This document shows positions 12,812 to 25,600 of a stretch of 64,000 nucleotides of DNA, in pieces. Each line of letters begins with the position of its first letter. Position 1 is the stretch's first letter. Both the position numbers and the translations under genes were made by a program. The stretch is from NCBI GenBank assembly GCA_964016885.1, contig OZ024740.1:435612001-435676000 (forward strand), written 5' to 3'. The notes beneath the pieces were generated by a model, which worked only from the letters and a program-made list of their open reading frames with translations, did no database searches and was not told the origin of the DNA. This stretch comes from Eledone cirrhosa (lineage: Eukaryota).

Positions 12812-13260
12812 ACATTATAAACAGAATGAAATCCAACACACACAACAATAGTAAAAGAAAAACCTGCATATTTTCCAAAAGTTTCTCTTTTCTGACCCAT
12901 TAAACACAAATCTTACCTGTTTATAACCACTTTTCTTTATAATTCTCACATTTTGAAAAAAGTATTTTTCTCACTGAATTAACATTTTTATCTCTTGAGA
13001 CTTTTTGTTGTTTTAGACTAATATTACATAAAAAATGTGACTTTCAAATGAACTCAATACTTTGGGTTGGGAAACTAAAGTTTCACACACTTGAATAGTA
13101 ATGATAATAACTATTATTTCTTTCATATAATCTGTAGCAACCACATAGTACAAGCCACCATTACAGCTACTATTATCTGTTAGAAATAGCAATAAAATCT
13201 TACTCAAACTAAAACTTTCTCATCTTAAAAGCACACTTTAAATAATGTAGTCTAGTTGAC

Positions 13261-13442
13261 AGTGGCACTAACATGGCGTTGTATATAATAGAGTTGGCAG
13301 TGGCACTAATATGGCACTATACATAAGAAGTGGCACTGGCACTAGCATGGTGTTGTACATAATAGAGGTGGTAGTGGCACTAACATGGCGTTGTACATAA
13401 TAGCGGTAGCAGTGGCACTAACATGGCACTATACATAAGAGG
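13261..13442. repeat. Degenerate ~38-bp tandem repeat, ~5 copies
   Basis: Recurrent agtggcactaacatggcgttgtacataata. Confidence 0.7.
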
Positions 13443-13502
13443 TGTTTATCCAGGACAGGATATCAGTCATTTACTGGATTATAATAATAATAATTATTAT
13501 TA

Positions 13503-13650
13503 TTTCTACTTTAGGCACAAGGCCAGCAATTCCCCAGTGCATTACTGGTACTTTATTTTATCGACCCCGGCGGGATTTGAACTCAGATCGTAAAGGGACG
13601 TAACTATGCTGGAAAGCATGGCGTCCGACCCTCCACTGATACTGCCAATC
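13503..13650 (-). mobile_element. SINE family B (internally deleted)
   Basis: tttctactttaggcacaaggccagcaat...actggtactttattttatcgacccc...ggatttgaactcag...ctgccaat. Confidence 0.75.
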
Positions 13651-13654
13651 TACA

Positions 13655-14032
13655 GTGCACTACAACTCAGCAAAAAGTGTATGTATAGTACATAGAGTAA
13701 TGTACAAACATCAGGAAAATGAACAGTGCATGAGTCATGATATACATGTGTGCATGTGTATGGAAGGGGTACATCAGGTGTAGTTTTGGCGTATTTCGGG
13801 AAGCATGAGTGTCTTAAAGGATACAGTGTCTCGACAGCTAACAACTGATGTAGGTAGTTTGTTCCATGTTAGACACATGGAGATCAAAAAGGTGCTCAGG
13901 GTTGTTGTTGGCGAGATGTTTAATAAGTCCATTGCCAGACGTCGGAGCTTCAATGAATCCATGCCCAGGGAAGCAAGGCGTTCAGAGTATGGTAGGTGTC
14001 TGGAGGGTATGCGCTTGGTTGCACGTCTCTGA
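13655..14032 (-). mobile_element. CR1-group LINE 3' fragment
   Basis: RVQRRATKRIPS-RHLPYSERLASLGMDSLKLRRLA...WNKLPTSVVSC; same family as 53340-54200. Confidence 0.85.
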
Positions 14033-14039
14033 ACCCTAT

Positions 14040-14187
14040 TACTGGTACTCATTTTGAACTGAGTATAGTGGAGCAATATGAAATGACGGTGTTTTACTCA
14101 AGAACACAACACAGTTCAGTCCAGGAATTGAACCCATGACATGATTGTAAGTCCAACACACTTACCACTGGGTCAGGTGTCTCCACA
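14040..14187 (-). mobile_element. SINE family A, 5' half
   Basis: ggtactcattttgaactgagtata...caagaacacaac...ccaggaattgaaccc...gtccaacacacttaccactggg. Confidence 0.7.
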
Positions 14188-14444
14188 CAAATTATAGTGG
14201 AGGGTTATGTTATTGAATCAAAACTAGTGCCTGAGATGTATTTTATTAAACCCTAAAGAGATAAAAAACAAAGTTAGCCTGAACAGGATTTGATCATGGA
14301 ACATAAACCTAACCAAATACCACCTACACTGCTCTTGAATATAATAATTATGCCAGATAAATTATTTTGAGATTTTTTTTATACTGAGTTTGTTTTGAGG
14401 GTGAAAGTGGTGACTGTTAGCTATTGATTTTTTTTTATAGAATG

Positions 14445-14950
14445 TGCTTGTGTTGGTGACAACAGAAAAGCACCCAGCCTACCACCCTGTAAAGTGGTTG
14501 TGTAGGTGTCACAACAAAAAGCACCCAGTCCACACTGTAAAGTGGTCATGTAGGTATCACAACAAAAAGCAGTCCACACTGTAAAATGGTCATGTAGGTG
14601 TCACGACAAAAAGCACCCAGTCCACACTGTAAAGTGGTCATGTAGGTATCACAACAAAAAGCAGTCCACACTGTAAAGTGGTCATGTAGGTGTCACGACA
14701 AAAAGCACCCAGTCCACACTGAAAAGTGGCCATGTAGGTGTCACGACAAAAAGCACCCAGTCCACACTGTAAAGTGGTCATGTAGGTGACACAACAAAAA
14801 GCACCCAGTCCACACTGTATATGTGGTTGACTGTAGAAACCAAGCAATAATTCTGTATGAGCAAGACATAGTCATCTGGTTTGACTTATCTCACAATTTG
14901 TCTAACCCATGCTAGCGTGGAAATAGGGACGTTAAACAATGATGATGATA
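14445..14950 (+). mobile_element. RTE-tailed SINE-like element (family D) containing a 48-bp tandem array (14460-14820, ~7 copies)
   Basis: Unit tgtaggtgtcacgacaaaaagcacccagtccacactgtaaagtggtca; ends tctaacccatgctagcgtggaaatagggacgttaaacaatgatgatgat (RTE-type tail). Confidence 0.8.
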
Positions 14951-15359
14951 AGTATCTTTAGTTAATATGACAGTACATACATACATACATACATTGATAT
15001 AGTAGCTAGATGTCTCCCAAGTTGTCAGTGATTGACAATAAATTGATCTCAAGTGTGATTCAGCTAATTACTCTAGCTAATGATCTGATGCCACTAAAAA
15101 TAAGCTTCAATTAACTCTGCTATTATTCAGTGTATTTATATTTTATTTTAGCAAAATACATTGATTTTTTAATATCGACATATGCCATGTTTTGAGAATG
15201 AGTATGGTCAATAAAATCAATCCCAGTTGATGGCAGCTAGATTTATTCCACCTACCCCTGCTCCTCGGGAAAGATGAAAGACAGTCTAACTCAGCAGAAT
15301 TTGAACTCACAACATGGTGTTTTGTCTGTTAATCCACTGCCTTATTTTAGCCAAACATG

Positions 15360-15505
15360 TTGATTTCTAATTTAGACACAAGACCAGTTAATTTGGGGGA
15401 AAGAGTAAAGTTGATTAAATCAACCTCAGTACACAACTGGTATTTTATTTTATCAACCCTGGAGGGATGAAAGGTAAAGTTGACCCCGGTGAGATTTGAA
15501 CTCAA
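15360..15505 (-). mobile_element. SINE family B (second degenerate copy at ~15200-15340)
   Basis: ttagacacaagaccag...actggtattttattttatcaaccctggagggatgaaaggtaaagttgaccccggtgagatttgaactc. Confidence 0.75.
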
Positions 15506-15564
15506 TTTTAGCCAAATATATTAAAATAAAATGTCTTTACTGTTAATAAGATTATAGAAGGCAG

Positions 15565-16505
15565 GCAAAAAGCTCCCAATCCACCCTGTAAGGTGGTCAT
15601 GTTGGTGACACAACAAAAAGCTCCCAATCCACCCTGTAAGGTGGTCATGTTGGTGACACAACAAAAAGCTCCCAATCCACCCTGTAAGGTGGTCATGTTG
15701 GTGACACAACAAAAAACACCCAATCCACCCTGTCAAGTGGTCATGTTGGTGACACAATAAAAAACACCCAATCCACCCTGTAAGGTGGTCATGTTGGTGA
15801 CACAATAAAAAACACCCAATCCACCCTGTCAAGTGGTCATGTTGGTGACACAACAAAAAGCTCCCAATCCATCCTGTAAGGTGGTCATGTTGGTGACACA
15901 ACAAAAAGCTCCCAATCCACCCTGTAAGGTGGTCATTTTGGTGACACAACAAAAAACACCCAATCCACCCTGTTAGGTGGTCATTTTGGTGACACAACAA
16001 AAAGCTCCCAATTCATCCTGTAAGGTGGTCATGTTGGTGACACAACAAAAAGCTCCCAATCCACCCTGTAAGGTGGTCATTTTGGTGACACAACAAAAAA
16101 CACCCAATCCACCCTGTAAGGTGGTCATTTTGGTGACACAACAAAAAGCTCCCAATCCACCCTGTCAAGTGGTCATGTTGGTGACACAACAAAAAGCTCC
16201 CAATCCACCCTGTCAAGTGGTCATGTTGGTGACACAACAAAAAGCTCCCAATCCACCCTGTCAAGTGGTCATGTTGGTGACACAACAAAAAGCTCCCAAT
16301 TCATCCTGTAAGGTGGTCATTTTGGTGACACAACAAAAAGCTTCCAATCCACCCTGTCAAGTGGTCATGTTGGTGACACAATAAAAAACACCCAGTTCAT
16401 GCCAGAAAGTTCTGTATGAGCAAGATGCTGTCACCTGATCTCACTTGTCTCACAATGGGACAACTCGTCTAACCTGTGGTAACATGGAAAAATGGTAGTT
16501 AAATG
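15565..16505 (+). repeat. 48-bp minisatellite (~17 copies, 15565-16395) inside a second family D element
   Basis: Unit aaaagctcccaatccaccctgtaaggtggtcatgttggtgacacaaca; followed by ttctgtatgagcaagat...tctaacctgtggtaacatggaaaa as at 14850-14935. Confidence 0.85.
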
Positions 16506-16699
16506 TTCCTATATAAACTTATGTTGGAAGATTTTAATTGAAATAGGAACTCTTTAGATGTTTTGTTCCATAGAACGTGGTTCTGGGGTGGGTTGGTATC
16601 AAAATTGTTAAAGCATTTTTCATATCAAAAGATGAAGTTAATAAATGGAAAAATTAATTATATTAAAATCAGTCATGTAACAAAAATCTTTAACAAAAA

Positions 16700-16783
16700 T
16701 TAGTCACTGACCACTCCACCATGAAGCGGGTTGTACTGGGTTACATGGTACCAGTAGCAGACAGAAGCCTGACCTGACCATAG
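16700..16783. repeat. Unclassified dispersed repeat
   Basis: cactccaccatgaagcgggttgtactgggttacatggtaccagtagcagac...agcctgacctgaccata recurs twice at 47295-47430. Confidence 0.7.
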
Positions 16784-16925
16784 CATATGAAACATTTTGC
16801 TACAATCTTTCTCAGGAACTCACTCCTTGCCCATATTTTCCTTCTAGCCATTAACCTGCAATGATTCATTTAACAGCATTTAGCTCCCCCAGTTAATCTT
16901 GTTTCCCATTTTATGAACTTCTAAT

Positions 16926-17200
16926 AGTGGGGATGTGTGGCCTAGTGGTAAGGGTGTTGGACTTACTATCATAATGTTGTGGGTTCATTTCCTGGACTGG
17001 GTTATGCATTGTGTTCTTGAGCAAAACACTTCAGTTCATGTTGCTTCAGTATACTCAGCTGAAAATGAGTACTAATAGCAATAGCTAGGGGTTTAACCCT
17101 GTGATGGACTGGTGTTCTGTCCAAGGGAAGTCTTGTACTCTCCCGCTTCACACCACAAAAACTGAGATAAGTACTGGCCTGATGAACCTCCTGACTCCAG
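16926..17200 (+). mobile_element. Near full-length tRNA-derived SINE, family A
   Basis: gtggcctagtggtaagggtgttggact (A-box), gggttcatttcc (B-box-like), body as at 3650-3905. Confidence 0.85.
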
Positions 17201-17414
17201 ACATTAGACTTTTTTAATATGACTCTATTCAAAGTCACTTTCTATCCAGAAAACAAAACAAAACATTTAAGGTTTTGTAAAATCAGATTTTTCTCTGGAT
17301 TTCTATAGTTGACATCTTATGTGTCCCAGCCTCCAAGATGAGGTTAGTACTAACGATAGTTTTCAATCTAAAATATGTATCCTTTCATGAGAACAGTAAG
17401 GATATAAAAGAAAT

Positions 17415-17560
17415 ACTGATTTCTAATGTAGGCCAGAAAATTCGGGGGTAAGATAAAATTGATTAAATTGGCTCCAGTATTTGATTGGTACTTTATTTTA
17501 TCGACCATGGAGGATAAAAGGCAAATTTGACCTCGGTAGGATTTGAACTCAGAATGTAAA
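17415..17560 (-). mobile_element. SINE family B
   Basis: ggtactttattttatcgaccatggaggataaaaggcaaatttgacctcggtaggatttgaactcagaatgtaaaga. Confidence 0.75.
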
Positions 17561-17589
17561 GATCCAGAATAATGTAAAATATATATAAC

Positions 17590-17860
17590 ACTAGTTATAC
17601 TATACAATATATAAAGCTATTGTACAAGTTTAAGCCACCTCTTCGTATATAATGAATACGCTACAAATATATTTGATACTGTAGTTATACTGTATAATAT
17701 ATAAAGCTATTGTACAAGTTTAAACCACCTCTTCGTATGCAATTGAATACACTACAAATATAAAATATATTTGATACTGTAGTTATATTGTATAATATAT
17801 GAAGCTATTGTACAAGTTTAAGCCACCACTTCATATGTAATTGGATACACTACAAATACC
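17590..17860. repeat. Degenerate ~90-bp tandem triplication
   Basis: Three copies of aagctattgtacaagtttaagccacc...tacactacaaata. Confidence 0.75.
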
Positions 17861-18339
17861 TTTACAATTCCTCTGTAATAGGCAGAGATTGTAAAGACAT
17901 TTTTTTAAATAATTTCTCAGCCTAGCTAATTAAATATGCTGCTTTGGCTTAAGCTTTGCCTACTAATATACATTTACACAACACTACAATACAATACAAT
18001 TACAATACAATACAATTACATTATAGAAAAACATGTCGCTTAGCACGTCAATAATTAATTCAAACATGTCTGGAATTCTCTTGTTTAACTTATTTATTTA
18101 TTTATCTATTTATTTCTAGATATTCTAGCTTCCAACAACAGCGTTACCCCAACTAAACTCATCCAGTTAAACATTTCCCAACCTCCTAGATATGTCTGAA
18201 GTAATATAAACACTACTTCATTGGAAATGGAAATGATTCTGCCATTTTTGTTCATTTAAACTATCAGAAAATCATCAATAATTTTGTATTGAGAATATTG
18301 TAAATCTTGTTATTTAGCTCCAGGACAATTCTCATCCAC

Positions 18340-18485
18340 AAGGGAGCAACAGTCGTTAGAACATTGTTACACTGCTTTGTGGTATTAGTTTCGGGTCTCT
18401 TAGTTCAAATCCTGCCGAGGTCAACTTTGCCTTTTATTTACTCAAAGTCGATAAATAAGTACCAGTCAAGTCCTGGGGTCAATTC
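18340..18485 (+). mobile_element. SINE family B
   Basis: agttcaaatcctgccgaggtcaactttgcctttt...gtcgataaataagtaccagtcaagtcctggggtc. Confidence 0.7.
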
Positions 18486-18682
18486 TTCCTCTATATCTTT
18501 CTCTGGAAGAAATCTGCTGTATTCAGACCTGGAGAGGTTTTTAAAATGTCCTAAAAACACTGTATGCCAACACGGTGGCCCTACGACTCCCCAGGAGTTA
18601 CAGGACCATGAATGGAATCCTCATCCAGCAGAGCTATGATGTGGGGGTTTTTTTGTTGTTTTTTTTGTGGGAGTGGTCAGTG

Positions 18683-21222
18683 TTTCTGGCACTATATTAT
18701 CCAACTTATATTTCTGGCACTATATTATATCCAACTTATATTTCTGGCACTATATTATCCAACTTATATTTCTGGCACTATATTATATCCAACCTATATT
18801 TCTGGCACTATATTATACCCAACTTATATTTCTGGCACTATATTATACCCAACTTATATTTCTGGCACTATATTATACCCAACTTATATTTCTGGCACTA
18901 TATTATATCCAACTTATATTTCTGGCACTATATTATATCCAACCTATATTTCTGGCACTATATTATATCCAACTTATATTTCTGGCACTATATTATACCC
19001 AACTTATATTTCTGGCACTATATTATATCCAACTTATATTTCTGGCACTATATTATACCCAACTTATATTTCTGGCACTATATTATATCCAACTTATATT
19101 TCTGGCACTATATTATACCCAACTTATATTTCTGGCACTATATTATACCCAACTTATATTTCTGGCACTATATTATATCCAACTTATATTTCTGGCACTA
19201 TATTATACCCAACTTATATTTCTGGCACTATATTATATCCAACTTATATTTCTGGCACTATATTATATCCAACTTATATTTCTGGCACTATATTATACCC
19301 AACTTATATTTCTGGCACTATATTATATCCAACTTATATTTCTGGCACTATATTATATCCAACTTATATTTCTGGCACTATATTATATCCAACTTATATT
19401 TCTGGCACTATATTATATCCAACTTATATTTCTGGCACTATATTATATCCAACCTATATTTCTGGCACTATATTATATCCAACCTATATTTCTGGCACTA
19501 TATTATATCCAACCTATATTTCTGGCACTATATTATACCCAACTTATATTTCTGGCACTATATTATATCCAACTTATATTTCTGGCACTATATTATATCC
19601 AACTTATATTTCTGGCACTATATTATACCCAACTTATATTTCTGGCACTATATTATATCCAACCTATATTTCTGGCACTATATTATACCCAACTTATATT
19701 TCTGGCACTATATTATACCCAACTTATATTTCTGGCACTATATTATATCCAACTTATATTTCTGGCACTATATTATATCCAACTTATATTTCTGGCACTA
19801 TATTATATCCAACTTATATTTCTGGCACTATATTATATCCAACCTATATTGCTGGCACTATATTATATCCAACTTATATTTCTGGCACTATATTATATCC
19901 AACTTATATTTCTGGCACTATATTATATCCAACTTATATTTCTGGCACTATATTATATCCAACTTATATTTCTGGCACTATATTATATCCAACCTATATT
20001 GCTGGCACTATATTATATCCAACTTATATTTCTGGCACTATATTATATCCAACTTATATTTCTGGCACTATATTATACCCAACTTATATTTCTGGCACTA
20101 TATTATATCCAACTTATATTTCTGGCACTATATTATATCCAACTTATATTTCTGGCACTATATTATATTCAACCTATATTTCTGGTACTATATTATATCC
20201 AACTTATATTTCTGGCACTATATTATATCCAACTTATATTTCTGGCATTATATTATATCCAACTTATATTTCTGGCATTATAATATATCCAACTTAAATT
20301 TCTGGCACTATATTATATCCAACCTATATTGCTGGTACTATATTATATCCAACTTATATTTCTGGCACTATATTATATCCAACCTATATTTCTGGCACTA
20401 TATTATACCCAACTTATATTGCTGGCACTATATTATATCCAACCTATATTTCTGGCACTATATTATATCCAACTTATATTTCTGGCACTATATTATATCC
20501 AACTTATATTTCTGGCACTATATTATATCCAACTTATATTTCTGGCACTATATTATACCCAACCTATATTTCTGGCACTATATTATATCCAACCTATATT
20601 TCTGGCACTATATTATATCCAACCTATATTTCTGGCACTATATTATACCCAACTTATATTTCTGGCACTATATTATACCCAACCTATATTTCTGGCACTA
20701 TATTATATCCAACCTATATTTCTGGCACTATATTATATCCAACTTATATTTCTGGCACTATATTATATCCAACTTATATTTCTGGCACTATATTATACCC
20801 AACTTATATTTCTGGCACTATATTATACCCAACTTATATTTCTGGCACTATATTATACCCAACTTATATTTCTGGCACTATATTATATCCAACCTATATT
20901 TCTGGCACTATATTATCCAACTTATATTTCTGGCACTATATTATACCCAACCTATATTTCTGGCACTATATTATATCCAACTTATATTTCTGGCACTATA
21001 TTATATCCGACTTATATTTCTGGCACTATATTATATCCAACTTATATTTCTGGCACTATATTATATCCAACTTATATTTCTGGCACTATATTATATCCGA
21101 CTTATATTTCTGGCACTATATTATATCCAACTTATATTTCTGGCACTATATTATATCCAACTTATATTTCTGGCACTATATTATATCCAACCTATATTTC
21201 TGGTACTATATTATCCAACTTA
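18683..21222. repeat. 30-bp minisatellite, ~85 copies
   Basis: Unit tttctggcactatattatatccaacttata; stop-free in all three + frames, which produces the spurious 538-897 aa ORFs. Confidence 0.95.
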
Positions 21223-21340
21223 TCGTTTTTTTAAAAAAGATGTTACGGTGGGATTTGGCTGTTATTAGCTGCAGTTTTCATAACATAATATGCTAATCTC
21301 TATGTGAAAAGTTGTGTTAATTTTAATGTCAAATTGTATA

Positions 21341-22108
21341 TGATGTTGCTTGAAACATTTTACATAAATTTTATGTTTAAAAAATGTTTCCTTATAACCA
21401 ACAATCAGCTAAAAATCAATTCCAATCAACTCTTTTGTAGCCATATTTCTATTGAGATCTTCTGACTATGTTTAAGTAATATTGAAAATTATTAAGTAAC
21501 CATGTAATCCAGTACAACCTGGAGTGGTCGGTCACTAAACTGGTTCCCCCAACATAAAAGTTGTTAAAAGGGCAGATGAACTCCTCTGAGTCAACAGCCA
21601 TCCACCCTACCTATTAAATAGCTCACCAACCCACAATTGGTCAAGTGGGATGAGTATGGCTACACACCTAAATACATGACCAAATAGAAAGTGGTGGAGG
21701 GGTTCCTTCAACAGGATGAGGAGACCCTGGATTAGAATGGATACTTGGAGAAGGGGTATTGCAACTCATTAACTCTTTTGATATAAACCTGCCTAAGAAC
21801 ATCTGGTCCATGACAAAACATATTTAAATCATTCTACTTTGAATTCTAATTACCACTCATAATTTTATATAAGAACTTTTAAGTTATATTCTAAATACCA
21901 GCTTAATAACGGAAATTGGTTATTTTACTAAATAAACACTTTTAAATTATTGCTAATTTTCAATATTACTTAATAAACATAGGCAGAAGATCTCAATAGA
22001 AATATTGCTACAAAAGAGTGATTGGAATTGATTTTTGGTGATTGTTAGTTATAAGGAAACATTTTTCAAAGATATAAAATTCATGTAAAATTTATCAAGC
22101 AACATCAT
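21341..22108. repeat. Long inverted repeat (arms ~21341-21490 and ~21955-22108)
   Basis: Left tgatgttgcttga...tgtttccttataac...caattccaatc...atttctattgagatcttctg...gtaatattgaaaatt is the reverse complement of the right arm. Confidence 0.85.
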
Positions 22109-22641
22109 GTTGATTGCATCAGGACTTTGGATCAATATATCTATTGTAAATGGCTGATTCTCTAAACTGTCCTGAAAACTGATCCTCAATTTGTTTCTAG
22201 ATATCCTTTAACTGAAAACAGTTATTCATGAGGAAAGTAAAATATTCCCTTTTCAAACAATATAATAATCTAAGTTACCGACATCAAAGATTCTCTGCAT
22301 TTGTTTGTTTTGTAAATCTATGACTAACTAAAACATAATTATTAAGTTGATAGTGGTGGTGACACATGTAGATGAGAGTTGGTAGGTTTGGGGTTGTTGT
22401 TTAGTTCCTAGTCTTGATCAGACCTATACCAGCTGTGGACATCCTATCTTTCTGAGTTTTTTTTGTTGTTTTATAGTAGGGTATGATTTGAAGGGAATTT
22501 AACTGCTATTTCTAGCACAATTGTGATCTGGTTTAGATTCTAAGTTAAAGTATTTGCGGGAAACATGAATAAATATCACTCATGAGCCAATGTAGGAAAA
22601 TGGCGGTAACCATACCTTTCATCTCCCCAGGGTTGAAATAA

Positions 22642-25600
22642 ATATTAATGATACCAGCTACAGTATAAGATATTAATGATACCAGCTACAGTATGATATT
22701 AATGATACCAGTTACAGTATGATATTAATGATACCAGCTACAGTATGATATTAATGATACCAGCTACAGTATATGATATTAAAGATACCAGCTACAGTAT
22801 AAGATATTAATGATACCAGCTACAGTATAAGATATTAATGATACCAGCTACAGTATAAGATATTAATGATACCAACTACAGTATAAGATATTAATGATAC
22901 CAGCTACAGTATGATATTAATGATATTAAAGATACCAGCTACAGTATAAGATATTAATGATACCAGCTACAGTATAAGATATTAATGATACCAACTACAG
23001 TATAAGATATTAATGATACCAGCTACAGTATGATATTAATGATATTAAAGATACCAGCTACAGTATAAGATATTAATGATACCAGCTACAGTATAAGATA
23101 TTAATGATACCAGCTACAGTATAAGATATTAATGATACCAGCTACAGTATGAGATATTAATGATACCAGCTACAGTATAAGATATTAATGATACCAGCTA
23201 CAGTATAAGATATTAATGATACCAGCTACAGTATAAGATATTAATGATACCAACTACAGTATAAGATATTAAAGATACCAGCTACAGTATAAGATATTAA
23301 TGATACCAGCTACAGTATAAGATATTAATGATACCAGCTACAGTATAAGATATTAATGATACCAGCTACAGTATAAGATATTAATGATACCAGCTACAGT
23401 ATAAGATATTAATGATACCAGCTACAGTATAAGATATTAATGATACCAGCTACAGTATAAGATATTAATGATACCAGCTACAGTATAAGATATTAATGAT
23501 ACCAGCTACAGTATAATATTAATGATACCAGCTACAGTATAATATTAATGATACCAGCTACAGTATAAGATATTAATGATACCAACTACAGTATAAGGTA
23601 TTAATGATACCAGCTACAGTATAACATATTAATGATACCAGCTACAGTATAAGATATTAATGATACCAACTACAGTATAAGATATTAATGATACCAGCTA
23701 CAGTATACGATATTAATGATACCAGCTACAGTATAAGATATTAATGATACCAGCTACAGTATAATATTAATGATACCAGCTACAGTATAATATTAATGAT
23801 ACCAGCTACAGTATAAGATATTAATGATACCAGCTACAGTATAAGATATTAATGATACCAGCTACAGTATAAGATATTAATGATACCAGCTACAGTATAA
23901 CATATTAATGATACCAACTACAGTATAAGATATTAATGATACCAACTACAGTATAAGATATTAATGATACCAGCTACAGTATAAGATATTAATGATACCA
24001 ACTACAGTATAAGATATTAATGATACCAGCTACAGTATGATATTAATGATATTAAAGATACCAGCTACAGTATAAGATATTAATGATACCAGCTACAGTA
24101 TAAGATATTAATGATACCAGCTACAGTATAAGATATTAATGATACCAGCTACAGTATGAGATATTAATGATACCAGCTACAGTATAAGATATTAATGATA
24201 CCAGCTACAGTATAAGATATTAATGATACCAGCTACAGTATAAGATATTAATGATACCAGCTACAGTATAAGATATTAAAGATACCAGCTACAGTATAAG
24301 ATATTAATGATACCAGCTACAGTATAAGATATTAATGATACCAGCTACAGTATAAGATATTAATGATACCAGCTACAGTATAAGATATTAATGATACCAG
24401 CTACAGTATAAGATATTAATGATACCAGCTACAGTATAAGATATTAATGATACCAGCTACAGTATAAGATATTAATGATACCAGCTACAGTATAAGATAT
24501 TAATGATACCAGCTACAGTATAAGATATTAATGATACCAGCTACAGTATAAGATATTAATGATACCAGCTACAGTATAAGATATTAATGATACCAGCTAC
24601 AGTATAATATTAATGATACCAGCTACAGTATAATATTAATGATACCAGCTACAGTATAAGATATTAATGATACCAACTACAGTATAAGGTATTAATGATA
24701 CCAGCTACAGTATAACATATTAATGATACCAGCTACAGTATAAGATATTAATGATACCAACTACAGTATAAGATATTAATGATACCAGCTACAGTATACG
24801 ATATTAATGATACCAGCTACAGTATAAGATATTAATGATACCAGCTACAGTATAATATTAATGATACCAGCTACAGTATAATATTAATGATACCAGCTAC
24901 AGTATAAGATATTAATGATACCAGCTACAGTATAAGATATTAATGATACCAGCTACAGTATAAGATATTAATGATACCAGCTACAGTATAACATATTAAT
25001 GATACCAACTACAGTATAAGATATTAATGATACCAGCTACAGTATAAGATATTAATGATACCAGCTACAGTATAAGATATTAATGATACCAGCTACAGTA
25101 TAAGATATTAATGATACCAACTACAGTATAATATTAATGATACCAGCTACAGTATAATATTAATGATACCAGCTACAGTATAAGATATTAATGATACCAA
25201 CTACAGTATAAGATATTAATGATACCAGCTACAGTATAAGATATTAATGATACCAGCTACAGTATAATATTAATGATACCAGCTACAGTATAATATTAAT
25301 GATACCAGCTACAGTATAAGATATTAATGATACCAACTACAGTATAATATTAATGATACCAGCTACAGTATAAGATATTAATGATACCAGCTACAGTATA
25401 AGATATTAATGATACCAGCTACAGTATAATATTAATGATACCAGCTACAGTATAATATTAATGATACCAGCTACAGTATAAGATATTAATGATACCAGCT
25501 ACAGTATAATATTAATGATACCAGCTACAGTATAAGATATTAATGATACCAGCTACAGTATAATATTAATGATACCAGCTACAGTATAATATTAATGATA

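Noticed and set aside
3650-17200. tRNA genes
   Set aside because: A/B-box sequences continue into SINE bodies and do not form complete cloverleafs.
18575-21268. 897-, 561- and 538-aa ORFs
   Set aside because: Translations of a 30-bp stop-free unit; no splice or homology support.
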